DNA of 64,000 nucleotides from Diplonema japonicum (GCA_964019335.1 OZ025747.1:248001-312000), one strand, 5' to 3'. Positions 47,601 to 59,919 are shown, counted from the stretch's first letter. Notes: generated by a model from the letters alone, not told the origin. Translations and numbers: made by a program.

Positions 47601-50600
47601 CAGCTGTGGAAGCGGGCAAAGGCAAGGAAACTACTTCAGTTCCTCAAGCAGAGGAAACTGAGAATACGCCAGAAGAGCGTCACCAAGATACAACAGGCAT
47701 GGAGGTTCAAGCATGCAAAGCGTGTCATGGAAGAGGAGGAAAAGAAAGCAGCTGCAGTTACGTTGCAGCATGCATGGACAGCAGCAAAGTCGGTTAAAAC
47801 CTTAAGAAAAAGGGTGAGCGCTAAGAGACTTCAGCGAGTAGGCAGAGCAAGTGTCGTGAGGTCATCCCTGAGCGACGAGAAGGTGTCCCGCTCGCAAGCG
47901 ACACTACTGCTACAGCGTGTGCTGAGAGCATGCTTTGTTCGAAGCGATTTGCGTGAATTCAGATCTGATACAATGCAGCTGCAAGCGGTGGGGAGGGGGA
48001 TGTGCAGCAGAGTAGCACTCTTAGTTTACACCCAGAAGCGCCAAAAGGACAACTTATTAAACCTACAGCGGTTGGGCCGGGGGCTTCTCAGCAGGCACGC
48101 AGTTGGTAGAAAATCCATGACAACGTCAGATCTGGTACGCAGGCTGAAGACTATCAAGGTGCTGCAACGCTGCGGAAGGGGGTACGTAGACAGAGACATG
48201 ATGGGGTTCCTGAAGCGAGACATAAGCAGCGATTGCAGCGAGGCACTGCAGTGTGTTGGCAGAGGGTACCGTGCGAGGATGGAGTTGGGCTCTGTAAAAT
48301 GGAGCGTAAAGACCCTTCAGCGCTTATGCAGGGGGCATAGACAGAGGGCGTCCTTAGCAAGGAAAGTGATGATCACCTCTGTCTTACATTCAAGGAAGAA
48401 GTCTATTGTTGTATTGCAAAGGTGCGGAAAGGGCCTGATGTCTAGATTGGCACTGATCGACCAGCGTGAGGAAGAGATACTCTCTGCACTGGTGATCCAG
48501 AAAGCATGGCTGCGGTATGTGATGGTGCGAGGGGACATAGACCTGGAGGCAAAGCGGTACAAGGCGCAACAACGGGGCAGGCACAAAGCAGCAGCGAAAA
48601 TACAAGATAGATGGCGTGAACACCTTGCGAAGCAGGAGGAGCACGAAACTCAACTTTACGCAGAGTTGAGTAACAGACAACTAGAGCGCAGGAAGAAATC
48701 TGTGTTGATGCTGACCGAGTTGACGAACCACGCAGATGCGATTCATAAGAGGGAAACGAAGCTGCTTGTGATCCAGCGGATACACAGGGGACATATTGCA
48801 AGGTGCACTGTCTTCCACCTCAGAACACGCACCTTGATGAAGCATCTGGCATCCACCACACAACCTTGTGGGAGAGCGCTGCGGGCTAGGAGGGATGTTT
48901 TCAACATGCTGGCGATGAGATCGCGGACCTCCATGCTCTGCTTACAAAGATTGGGCAGAGGGCTGGCTTTCAGATTTTTACTTGCTCGTGTGTATGATGA
49001 AACTATGAAGTCTGCAGCACCAGAGTCCACTGTCCCCAGCGACAGGGAAAGCACCTCAAGCGAAGTGAGTGCCGTGCTTGCTGATGCAGAGAAGCCACCT
49101 GTGGAATCGATTGTAGACTATACACCGAGCGTGATAGTTCTGCAGGCCTGGGTACGCACAACCCTCGCCCGTGCTGTGCAGAGAAAATTGCAAAGAGCAG
49201 CAGCGGCCAAGCAACACGCGATTGTATTGGAGGCCTTTATTCTGTCGTGGACCAGCACCATCTTCGTGTCCACGACACTGGTGGCGCGAAATACAAGAAC
49301 GTGTCTCGTCATGCAGAAGATGGGACGTGGGTACGTAGAGAGGGTATTCATGTATAACGAGCACTGTGCTGAAGAGGCCCGTAAGATCCAAAAGACATGG
49401 AGGGGTAAGCTCGCAAGGCACAGGAGCATGAGCCTGATGCAAGCAGTTTCCAAAGCAAAAACCAGACATGAAATGCGTGCTATCGGCGATGAAAAGAGTT
49501 TCAGTGCCAATTGGCTGCAGGCTATCGGCAGGGCGTACCTAGCAAGGAGGTTTGTGGCAAGGCAGAACAAGTTACGGATGAACGAAGTGATTCTTGCTAA
49601 GAAGCTAAAGGCACAACGCGAGTCCATAATAATGACATCGGAAATTCAACCGGAACCAAAGCCCCAACCCGCTCCTCCTGTGACGTCACCGGCTCCAGAA
49701 CCAGCACCAGCACCAGCACCGAAGCCGCGAAAAAAGAAGGTTGCGCCACTCCTCCTTGCGACCCTCTTAGCAGCAAGTGCCCTTGTGACCGCGAAGAGAG
49801 CGATGGCCGACGTCCTGTGCATCCGGCAGCTTACACAGGTATGGTCCGGGTTCACAATACAAGCAAACCCATAACAGAAAGAGGCTTTCTTACGATTCCT
49901 TTTGAAAGACAGCAAGGATGAGGGTGCAGTATTTCTAAGTGAAGAACATATGAAAGTGCAGGTCTGGACAACAGGACAACAAAAAAAAAAAAGAGGAAAA
50001 AAAGTACTCAACCCAACAGAAACTCCACCGCGCGGAAGTCTTAGAAAAGGAACACACCAGTCGAAGGCGCTTGCTGGGCTTCGCATGGCTGGTAGGTTTA
50101 GAGCTGTCGCAACGGTGTGACATTGGTGTGTACGAAGTAGTAGGGAGGGACCTGCTGCGGAAAGCATGGTTCGGGGAGTGGGAAGAAAGCCCCGTGGCGG
50201 AAGATGCTTCAAAAAGGAGAAGAAGAACGCGGCTAATGAGCTCGTGGTCAAGTAAAAGCAGAAAGAGCATGGGCAGACCAAGGACCGCAGATGTGACGTA
50301 CCGAAGGGGTACGGTGTCAGCACGTGCGTATTCCATGCACAGTCTAGAACTGGTGGAGGTGCACGAAAGGGATAAGAACGACTGCATGCAAGAAGACCTT
50401 CGTAATATATTGCAAAGCTACACATGGTTTGCCAACGAGGTAGCGGGACGGAACAAAATGGGGAAGAGATGGGCAGCAGAACTTGTCTCAAAGGTCGTGA
50501 TATGGAACTCCGACATGCTGGACGCACCGAGTGTGGTGTCAATCGCAGCTGCTACCGGGGGTGTCATTGCCTCTCTGTACCCTGCCATAATTCAACACCA

Positions 50601-50925
50601 CGACAGACGCGTCCTGATGACCGCCTCCGCCCTCAGCATTGTGATGGTCAGCACGCATGTTGTAGCCACAATGGACACCATCCTCGTGGATGCCACTATG
50701 AGTAAGCTCCCTCTCAGCACACTGTCGCCCCTAGACCACGCACTGTGTGAGTACTCAACCGCTCCTATGAACATCCGCCTCCGGCTCCCCATATTTTTCA
50801 CCACTTCCAACATCATCAACTCGCAAGCCGTTCTCTCTCCCATCAAGCCCAGGTTGCACAACCCCAGCAAGTTTGTCAGCCGGATACATTCTCTCACTGA
50901 CCGCAGGCAGATGCTCTGTCCTTAG
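44655..50925 (+). CDS. Giant IQ-like repeat protein; exons 44655-49838, 49878-49961, 50020-50925 (about 2057 aa)
   Basis: Dozens of (I/L)QxxGRGxxxR and IQxxWR motifs; two phase-0 GT-AG introns join ORFs 44583, 49902 and 50071 in frame. Confidence 0.82.
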
Positions 50926-51034
50926 AATAGAATGTTATACACCCCTCCATTTCCATGGACTGGTTTTCTGTCTTTTTTTTTAAACAGAAGCTAACATCAG
51001 TTTGTGCCGTGTAAAGGCCCATCAGGAACATGAA

Positions 51035-53632
51035 ATGAGCGAAGCAGGCGAGAAAGGGAAGACATTCAAAGAATGGATAGAACAGAGACCGAAGTCTTCT
51101 CCTGCGAGCAAGGGGCCAAGTGGCGACAGACGGCACAGGGACAGGGAACGGGACAGGGTACGGACCATGACAGTGTCCATGAGCAACACTATGCCGGCAC
51201 CACCCTCGTTTAGGATGGGCAGCGAAGATGATAGCAGATACAGCCCCGTTCCGATACCAGAGGGGTATTTTAAGATGAAGAAGAACCTACAGCCAACACC
51301 ACCCCCGAAGAAGGACGAGAAGAGTGCAGAGCCTTCTGGGAAATGGAGATCGCTGGCTATCTATCACGAGGTACGCCTGAAAGAGCTTCTAGCTGACGAT
51401 AACAGACTGCCAAGCATCACGCGCCTGAACAAGGTGCTGCAGCACTACGTAGATGTGACTGCGATTTTCCCCCTTTTTAAGAATGTGTTCGAACTCATCT
51501 TATCAGAGGTGTACCTCTCTATCTTCTCAACGTCGGTGGATTCACTGGGCACTGTCAACACGGCTCCTTACTTCGAGCTGGCAACATCACTGAAGAAGGA
51601 TGTCGAGCAATCGAACAGCGAGCTGCTTGACGCAAAGAGGGACGCCAACCAGGACACGCTGCACTTCGAGCTGCAGACTGCAAAGAGCAGGAACCGCTAC
51701 GTTGCGCACCAGCTGGACAGGCTCAACCAGGAGAACGAGGCTCTTCTGGAGGACGTGGCGAAGCTAAACCACGAGAACGAAATGGTGGCCAAAAATGGAC
51801 GACAAGCCTTCATTGACTTAGAGCAGCAAAACAGAAGCGTTGAGACGGAGCTACGCAAACTGGAGAAAGAAAACGTGCTAATGAAATACGAGGAACGCAT
51901 GAAGAAGAGCCACCTGGCGGAGTACACACATCTAAAACTGAATCAAATGTCATGTGTGACGGCAATGCTGCACCCGTCATACGAGCACAGCTCCTACTTG
52001 CAGCTCATGATACAACTTGAAGCTGCTGAGAATAGACTGCTCGATGATTTTGATGTGAACACGCGGACATTGCCGGCACAGGATGTCCCGCCTGCACGGA
52101 CAAAGATGGTGAACAAGTTGCGTGTGCTTCAAGAAGAGCTTTTCGAGCTCGAGAGGTACTCGGAACTGCTTCTGCAAGACGTGGACGTGGAGATGCCCCA
52201 TGGCGACGACAACCTAGATGATTTATTCCACGTCCTGAACGGAGATAGGAACGAGGATCGAGAGGCCTTTGTGCGACGGACTTTAAAAGGCGCTCCTAGC
52301 AGCGCACAGAACATCCTGCTGACTACGGTGGAATCGATAGCGACACAGATTGTTGGCGGGGATCCCATTGCTGCAATTAAGGACAAGCTCACCGTACCGC
52401 TCCTGGAGAACGACCCGAGGAAATACGACAATAGGATAGAAATAAGTGTGGTGGTGGGGTGCTCGAATCAAACAGAGCACGTAAAGACCATCAGCACGGT
52501 GGATCCCTGCGCCAACATCGACCTACCCTCCAAGTCAACGTCCCTCAACCTCAAGTTCTCGCGACCCAATGCATGCATTCCACGACCACTGCGTAAACAA
52601 CTAACCGAGAATCAGGCCGCACACCTGGAAGAAGAGCTAGCGTCACGAAGCTCGCTAGCTGAGAACATCCGAAAAGTACTGCCCAGCACATTCATGGAGG
52701 GGTTAGGCGGGCGAGAGCTTGGCAACCATGCGTCCTGGGCCGGGTACGTGAACGTCTTTGGGAGCTGGGTGCCGAGACTGCCTCGAATTCTCTCGAGACA
52801 GGTGGTTGAGGAAATCATATTCGATACTTACACATACCACGCAACCGCTGTGCAGACGAGGTACTTGGAGTCGAAGAAGTTGAACATTAAAGAAGCGCAA
52901 GAGAACACGTTTACATCTTCTTTGAAGCAAACGGACATGCTGGAGGCTTTGGTGAAGGTTCTGGAGAAGCGGTACCATCTCCCGCTTGTTGGGAACAAAT
53001 ACGCATTTGAGCTTATGTCAACGTGCGAAAGGATGGACACGGTGTTAACGGCAGAGTACCTAAACACATGCTCGGGGACGGATGTGGCAACAGGGCGGGT
53101 GACATCGATCATCTTGCATCTCTTGAGAGTGAACTGGCCTGCGTTGGTTCCTGACGAAGCTCCTGCCATCACACAGAAGGAGCTCACGAATGTGATCGAG
53201 AACATGTATTCCACGCTGAGCCAGTCTAAGGTGGAGGAAATCCTCTCCGACATCGCGATCCACACCAAGGCTGTCTTCACATATGCAACGTTGCGCGACT
53301 ACTTCATCACCTCCCTTACCACAATGCAGGAGTACCACACGAAGGCCCTTGCTGAGATGGTCGAGTTCAAGGCCAAAACATTAAAGTGGTCAGAGCTTGA
53401 CAAGTACGCCTTTGCGGACTCTTGTTCCTCCTACGATTTCGGTCGCGACTCAGACATGGCGCGCATGAGGGAACACTTGAAGTACCGGCACACGGAAGCC
53501 TGTATCAGGGGTGGTGCACAGAAATCTCGTCTTTCTACGTCAGAGCTTGCGATGCTGGCCAGCGAAGCGATGTGGACCCTTATGACGGTGTCGCACAACA
53601 CATGGTTGAAGCCTCGCCAAAATGCGTCTTAA
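51035..53632 (+). CDS. Coiled-coil protein, possibly TSNAXIP1-like
   Basis: Long ORF; RL..VL..F..FKNVFELILSEV helix followed by a long coiled coil; family call tentative. Confidence 0.7.
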   Translation: MSEAGEKGKTFKEWIEQRPKSSPASKGPSGDRRHRDRERDRVRTMTVSMSNTMPAPPSFRMGSEDDSRYSPVPIPEGYFKMKKNLQPTPPPKKDEKSAEPSGKWRSLAIYHEVRLKELLADDNRLPSITRLNKVLQHYVDVTAIFPLFKNVFELILSEVYLSIFSTSVDSLGTVNTAPYFELATSLKKDVEQSNSELLDAKRDANQDTLHFELQTAKSRNRYVAHQLDRLNQENEALLEDVAKLNHENEMVAKNGRQAFIDLEQQNRSVETELRKLEKENVLMKYEERMKKSHLAEYTHLKLNQMSCVTAMLHPSYEHSSYLQLMIQLEAAENRLLDDFDVNTRTLPAQDVPPARTKMVNKLRVLQEELFELERYSELLLQDVDVEMPHGDDNLDDLFHVLNGDRNEDREAFVRRTLKGAPSSAQNILLTTVESIATQIVGGDPIAAIKDKLTVPLLENDPRKYDNRIEISVVVGCSNQTEHVKTISTVDPCANIDLPSKSTSLNLKFSRPNACIPRPLRKQLTENQAAHLEEELASRSSLAENIRKVLPSTFMEGLGGRELGNHASWAGYVNVFGSWVPRLPRILSRQVVEEIIFDTYTYHATAVQTRYLESKKLNIKEAQENTFTSSLKQTDMLEALVKVLEKRYHLPLVGNKYAFELMSTCERMDTVLTAEYLNTCSGTDVATGRVTSIILHLLRVNWPALVPDEAPAITQKELTNVIENMYSTLSQSKVEEILSDIAIHTKAVFTYATLRDYFITSLTTMQEYHTKALAEMVEFKAKTLKWSELDKYAFADSCSSYDFGRDSDMARMREHLKYRHTEACIRGGAQKSRLSTSELAMLASEAMWTLMTVSHNTWLKPRQNAS

Positions 53633-53975
53633 GCGCTTTAACCAGCTAGACCCGACACCACCCAAATTAAAAGTGGTAAGCAAAAGAAGAAGAAGAAAAG
53701 AAAAGTAGGGAATGTGTGCATGTTTTTTTTTGTTTTTTTTTGGCGAATTGGATTAAGGGCCTTGCATGTGACGCCTGTGCGACCTTTATTCTCCCCGAAT
53801 GGTCTGGGTGTAGTGGTTAAAAGATCCTTTTTCGTGTTTTTTTTTCTTATTGTGTGTGAACACACCAACATTATATTAAAAGAAATAGTAATAATAATAA
53901 TAATAATAAACCCACAAAAGGCGGGGGGAGGGGGGACGACGCGCGCGGGGGAGGGGGAGGGGGAGGCGGCGCATC

Positions 53976-56530
53976 ATGCAACGAAGGCAAAAGGTTGCTC
54001 GCGACAACACCACGCAGTTTAGGTACTGGTCGCAGTTTGATCTCGGAAAGGTCTCGGAAGGGGACCTGGAACAAAAAGTGCGAGACTTCTACCCCGAGTT
54101 AGATGGCACAAACGCGTGCAGGGACTACGTGGGTGGGACACTGCTTCACTGGTGCATGCTTCTTGGTGTCGGGAAGAACGGGAACCCCGCGTACCGGCAG
54201 ATTGCGGACTACATCATACACAACGAGAATGTCGCAATTCTGGACCAGCAGTTCGACAGACGTGACCCGTGTGTGCATGTTGAGATGGACCAAGTTGGCT
54301 TCGTGAAGAAGCAGAAGCCTGAAGAGAAGCTCCCTTACGAGGACCTGTACTACGACGGCGAGACGGCTCTGCACATTGCCGTGGCGAAGAACGACGTGGA
54401 CATGGTAGGAAAACTGCTCGAACGCGGCGTCAGCTGTCAAATCAGAGCATACGGAAGCTTCTTCGTACCTGGCGGCCCTTCGGGGTGCTACCTCGGTGAA
54501 TATGCCCTGTCGTTCGCCGCCTCTGGCGGGCTTGACGAAATCCTTGAAATGCTCTACGTTCACGACAAGAACTCAGTCACGTACCGCGACTCCTTTTCCA
54601 ACACAGCACTGCACATGGCCATCCTTTACAGCAGGATCAGCACGTACAAACTGCTCGCGAAGCTTACCGGAAAGAGCCACGAAGAGCTGGTTCTCGACAG
54701 GGGTTCGATGGGGATGACACCCTTGTCGTTGGCCGCCTTGAGCACATTGCGAACTGGCGACATGACCTCTTACGAATACCTCATCAACTCAACGAGGAGT
54801 GTGGTGTGGGAGTTCCTTGATGTGACTTCCTACTCCTATCCTCTGAAGCAAATTGACACTATACCCTGCCCCCCCGTTAAGAAGGATGGGGCGCGAAGCG
54901 TACAAAGCGTCCAAGGCGACATCGAAGCTGGACCCCTCAGCGAGAAGTCCGATCCCGAGCCTATTGATTATGTCTCCATCCTGTTCCTCGCCATCCAGTA
55001 CGATCTCCTCTCCCTTGCCGAGGACGAGATCATCGTGGCCCTTCTTGAGAGCAAATGGGTGTTCCTGAAGTATATATTCTACGTGTCGATCTTGTGGCAC
55101 TTCGCATACCTTGGTGTGCTCACCTCTCTCACCGTACTGGCTCACCCGTATGGCGATGACAGCGAAATTTTAGAGTGGATCGCAATCGGTATGACCATCG
55201 TGGATGCCCTGCCTAGCATGTTCGATATTATGGCGGGCATATCGAACTACAAGTGGTTGAAGAAAACACATGTGTGGGCAAAGAACCGAGCAGCTAAGAG
55301 GCCCGAGCGGCTGGACGAGGCTGCGTGGGAGACGTATCAATCGTATGAAAAGAGTACGATAGGGAAGCGGTTCTCCTTCGCGAAGCAAATGGTGTCGTCC
55401 TTCCCCCTGTCGGGGTTCGACCTTGTAGCGTGGGTGGGGTACGGGTTGTTCGCTGCGCACTGTGTTATTGATGACGGTATCGAGGACCACGTAAAGGGGA
55501 GCCCGCCGCTGGACAAAGATTCCGAACCCGTTCCCTACACCCTTGTTTTCTTGGGGATGTCCACAATGTGCGCGTGGATCTCGACACTAACTTACGCCCC
55601 CGTCCACGAACGAACAGGCATGCTCGTCACCATGATGACGCGGACCATCTTCCAGGACCTGCTTCCCTTCATCCTTGTCTTCTCCTTCATCCTCATGGGT
55701 GCCGCCACAGGAGCTTTCTCGTTGCAGAGGAAGGGCTACACCATATTGAAAACCCTCGATACCTTGAAACGTCTTTCGATAGGTCTTTACGATCATGAGA
55801 ATTATGAACCGGAGGGCCACGGTGACGGGGCGCTGGAGGTCTCGTACGTGTTGATCTTGCTGTTCACGTTGGTGTCGTTGGTGCTGATGTTGAACCTGCT
55901 GATTGCGACCTTCACCTCGACTTATGAGGAGGTGAAGGATTTGGCACACAAGGAATGGCGTTTGCTCTGGGGGAGAGATATTCTGATGCTTGAAAGGCGG
56001 GCGTTGATGTTGAGCGGTATGGTCCCCAAGCTGCGGGTCAACCACGGCAGCCCGGAACAACATGTGTACGTGTCTATAAGCAACAAAATACGTGACGAGG
56101 AGAAGAAGACGAAGAAACATGGGCAGAAGTCAGACATTGTCGATTGCATCAAGATGGCTGTAGCATCTCACGCGCGATCTGGGTACTCCCCCAAGAATAG
56201 GAAGGCATCTCTGCAGCTACCACCGCCGCAGGAGCAGAAGGACAACCCCCTCAATGCACCTGTACCCACGTCAACAAAAAAGAGGAAGCGAAAGAAAAAG
56301 AGTAAAGACGAAAGCCCCTCGGGATCTGACTGCTTCAGTAAGTCACGCCCTATGCCTCACACGGAGGAGACAAAATGCAGCAATTGTGGGGCCGTCCTCA
56401 ATTATACAACGTTTAAGTATCCTGTCAAGGTATGGTTAAGGAGACGGGGGTTAAAAAAAACAAATTAAAAAAAAAGGTCGTGTGTGAGAAGTGCGAGCAC
56501 CAGAACAGGTTAGTAAAACCCAGCACATAG
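53976..56530 (+). CDS. TRPV-like cation channel (ankyrins + 6 TM + TRP helix) with C-terminal zinc ribbon; exons 53976-56429, 56477-56530 (835 aa)
   Basis: YYDGETALHIAV, RAYGSFF, YLGEYALSFAA, NTALHM, GMTPLSLAA, YPLKQID, LLESKW, LMLNLLIA, EWRLLWGRDILMLERR; spliced tail CSNC..CEKC. Confidence 0.9.
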
Positions 56531-56838
56531 CCCTCGTTGCGCTGTTCCTTTCTTTTTTTTTTCTTTTTTTTTTTCTTCGTTCCTCTCCCCCCTTTACCGA
56601 AAATGGAAAAACCATGAAAATGGACAAGCAATTGTTCATAAATGTTTAGACAGTTAGTAGTCTTTTCTTTTCTTTTTTTTCTTTCTTCTTTTTTTTCTTT
56701 TCTTGTCAATCTCTTTCTTTGTAAGATTCTTCGTTTTTTTGTGTTCTTTTTTTTTTTCTTTTCTTCCCCCCTCTTCATTTCTTTTGGTAGCTTTTATTCA
56801 AAACAGGAAACAAAGAAAAGGAACAAAAACAAAAAAAA

Positions 56839-58266
56839 ATGAGGTCTGCAAACGTATCAAGGGCCCTAAGACAAGGGAGGAGGTACAAAACGTTGAAGGC
56901 AGTAGACCCTTACACGGGAAAGGTGGCGTGGGAAGAGAAGGCGTGGTCGGCAGAGGAAGGAGTAAACGGACTTATGCAGGCCAACCAGGCGTTTAAAGTG
57001 TACAAGAAAATGGAACACGCGAAGAGAGCAGAATTTCTGAGGGAATGCAGCAAGATCTTGGTGGAGAGATCAGACGAGTTCGCGCAAGTAATGGCTGTTG
57101 AAATGGGAAAACCGATCGCACAAGGGAAAGGAGAAGCCGTGAAGTGCAGCACTGTGGCGGACTACTACGCCGACAACCTTGAAGAAATGCTTGTGGGGGA
57201 GGCTGTCGAGGCAGGGTTCACGCAATCATACGTGACCAAGCAACCGCTTGGAACCATCCTCCTCATCATGCCGTGGAACTTTCCGTTCTGGCAAGTTTTC
57301 CGCCAGGCATCTGCCGCCTACGCGGCAGGCTGCAGTGTTGTGTGCAAACACTCTCCAAATGTCCCACGCTGCGCGAAGCTAATCGAAGAAGTCTTCAACA
57401 CAGCTGCTGAAAGGACAGGCCTCCCAAAGGCAGTGTATGTAAACCTTCCTATGCTCGCTGCTGACATCTACCCTGTCATGTCGCACCGTGACCTGCGTGC
57501 CATCTCCTTTACAGGGTCCACCAATGCTGGGGGGATCGTGGGGAGCACCGCTTCAAAACTTATCAAACCGTCTGTCTTGGAACTAGGCGGGAACGACCCG
57601 TCGATTGTGTTGGAAGACGCTGACATCGCAAGAGCGGCGAAATGCTGTGCAGCGGGAAGGATGCTCAACGCAGGACAATCATGCATTGGGAGCAAGAGGT
57701 TCCTCGTGACGGAGGGTGTGTACGATGAGTTCCTTGCAGCCTTCGTGGAGGAGATGAAGCAGTACACAATGGGCGACCCGAAGGACGCTGCTACAAAGCT
57801 CGGCCCTCTTGTCGATGCAAAATCCCAAAAAGCTCTTGATGAACAAACGAAAGACACCATCGCAGGCGGAGCAAAAGTAGCCTTGGAAGGGGGAATACCC
57901 GACCATGAAGGAGCCTTCTACCTTCCTACCGTTTTATACGATGTCCCTGCAGGGACACCTGGGTACGAAGAGGAGCTGTTCGGTCCTGTTGCCTCTGTCA
58001 TCAAGGTGAAGGATGTTGACGAAGCTGTCGAAGTGGCCAACTCTTCAAAGTACGGGCTTGGTGCTTCCATCTACACGCAGGATATTGAGAGGGCCAACAG
58101 GATCGCCAGGGACGACATCGATGCTGGAATGTGTTATGTTAACGATTTCGTCAAATCCCACCCTCGCCTCCCTTTCGGCGGCGTAAAGGAGTCCGGTTAC
58201 GGCAGGGAATGCGCCTCATATGGTATAAACACTTTCTGCAACATTAAGTCCGTGGTCATCGCCTGA
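56839..58266 (+). CDS. NAD(P)-dependent succinate-semialdehyde dehydrogenase, GabD1/Sad type, with putative mitochondrial presequence
   Basis: EMGKPI, IMPWNFPFWQVFR, KHSPNVP, ELGGNDP, NAGQSCIGSKRF, EELFGPV, PFGGVKESGYGRE. Confidence 0.88.
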   Translation: MRSANVSRALRQGRRYKTLKAVDPYTGKVAWEEKAWSAEEGVNGLMQANQAFKVYKKMEHAKRAEFLRECSKILVERSDEFAQVMAVEMGKPIAQGKGEAVKCSTVADYYADNLEEMLVGEAVEAGFTQSYVTKQPLGTILLIMPWNFPFWQVFRQASAAYAAGCSVVCKHSPNVPRCAKLIEEVFNTAAERTGLPKAVYVNLPMLAADIYPVMSHRDLRAISFTGSTNAGGIVGSTASKLIKPSVLELGGNDPSIVLEDADIARAAKCCAAGRMLNAGQSCIGSKRFLVTEGVYDEFLAAFVEEMKQYTMGDPKDAATKLGPLVDAKSQKALDEQTKDTIAGGAKVALEGGIPDHEGAFYLPTVLYDVPAGTPGYEEELFGPVASVIKVKDVDEAVEVANSSKYGLGASIYTQDIERANRIARDDIDAGMCYVNDFVKSHPRLPFGGVKESGYGRECASYGINTFCNIKSVVIA

Positions 58267-58590
58267 GGCAGTGTTTTTGAATTTTGATTTTTTTTTTTTT
58301 TTGGATTCCCTGTTCGCGATAGGGGGGTTTTTTTTTTTGTTTTGTTTTGTTTTTTTTCTCTTTTTTTCTTCTTTTGACCACTTCTCTTCGACTTGCATCG
58401 AAGGAAGGGAAATTATATAAAAAAAAAAGCCACCACCCCCTTTTTTTTTTAAACTTTCAAAAAAAAAAAGGGGGAGGGGAACAAAAAAAAGAGAAACCAT
58501 TATTTTTTTGTTAACAATTTTTCAAAAAAAAAAAAAAAAAAAAAGAAAGAGAATTCCTACTTTTTTTTTTTTTGAAAAAAAAAATACTGT

Positions 58591-58621
<31 letters not shown>

Positions 58622-58674
58622 CCAAACCGTCAACCACTCCCTCAACAGCGCCGCCTCTCCCATCCCTACTATGA

Positions 58675-59769
58675 ATGAATAGTGCTTTCGCGCTATCGGT
58701 GCTGGCCTTAAACGTGCTGATACAAAAGAGCAATGGACAAAACACGACGGACTCCCCACCGGGAGGCGACCTCCCAGAAGGGGGCTTGATATTCGCAATT
58801 GTAGTGGGAGTCCTGGTGTTCATATGCGGTGCAGCTGCAGTGATGTGGCAGTACAAAGCACTGGACAGAGCAAAGACGCGGGAGGAAGAACAGCTGGTAA
58901 AAGCAACAGCCCAACACCTTGCCGACTACCAAAAAGGCGAGGAAAGGCTTCAAATACTGATTGAAGAGAAGCAAGCCGCAGGTGTCATCCCGGTACCTCC
59001 ATCTCCTAACTCACCTTTAGGCAGCAGTTTTAAAGGCCGCGGACGGAGAATATCCTATGGGGAGGTCTCCCGAACTTCAGGAGGCACAACATTCAGCTTC
59101 AACATGGCACAGGGCGGATCAAGCGGCGACAGCATTGTAGCAGCGCACGCCGTCAGACGGCCGAACCCTTTAACAAATGTTTGTCGCCCGAAAAGACAGC
59201 GTTCCTCGTCCACAGTGGCGCAATCGTTGAACGACGCTACACCAACATCGCAGAAGCAGTTACAGTTACGCTCCTCGTCAACACTGGCACAGACATTTAC
59301 ATCTTTGAGTGTAACATCACCAGATGGGACGTCAACCCCAGCACCTGTTCCAAGGCAGCGTTCTTCGACCATTGCCACTATTGCTTCAACACCTAAGGCT
59401 ATGTCGCAGACCTTTACTTCGTTGAATGTTTCTAACCCACCGAAGGTTAGGAGGCAGAGGTCGTCGACAGTGGCTTCGCCTAAAGGGGGTGTGAGACGGC
59501 AAGGTGATGAGAGGGTGTCAAAGAGGCATCGATCGTCGTCTTCCTTGGCGCAGCTTTTGATGGGTGATGATGATGCTTCGTTCGATGCTTACCTTGCGTC
59601 GCCGATGCTTGTGAAGCACAGCCCGCCGCCGTCACCAAAGAGGTGTGCGCACTGCTCTGCGAGGTCTGCCACGCTGATGTGCCAGATGTGTGGTCGGATG
59701 TGTTCTTCTTGTTACAAGGCGAAGCATCCGCCCCATTTGCAGACGGGACACATTGCGGTTCCTATTTGA
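58675..59769 (+). CDS. Single-pass membrane protein with Ser-rich cytoplasmic tail and C-terminal B-box-like finger
   Basis: Signal-like N-terminus, TM LIFAIVVGVLVFICGAAAVMW, repeated RxRSS(S/T), CAHC..CQMC..CSSC..H. Confidence 0.75.
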   Translation: MNSAFALSVLALNVLIQKSNGQNTTDSPPGGDLPEGGLIFAIVVGVLVFICGAAAVMWQYKALDRAKTREEEQLVKATAQHLADYQKGEERLQILIEEKQAAGVIPVPPSPNSPLGSSFKGRGRRISYGEVSRTSGGTTFSFNMAQGGSSGDSIVAAHAVRRPNPLTNVCRPKRQRSSSTVAQSLNDATPTSQKQLQLRSSSTLAQTFTSLSVTSPDGTSTPAPVPRQRSSTIATIASTPKAMSQTFTSLNVSNPPKVRRQRSSTVASPKGGVRRQGDERVSKRHRSSSSLAQLLMGDDDASFDAYLASPMLVKHSPPPSPKRCAHCSARSATLMCQMCGRMCSSCYKAKHPPHLQTGHIAVPI

Positions 59770-59776
59770 AAACAGA

Positions 59777-59815
<39 letters not shown>

Positions 59816-59919
59816 CCATCTTTCCGAACCCCCCCGACAGGAGGGAACAGAATGGTAGTGGGGAAAAAAAAAAAAAAAAAGAAAAACAAAAATGCCTGTC
59901 AACGGTCCCACCGTGACAC

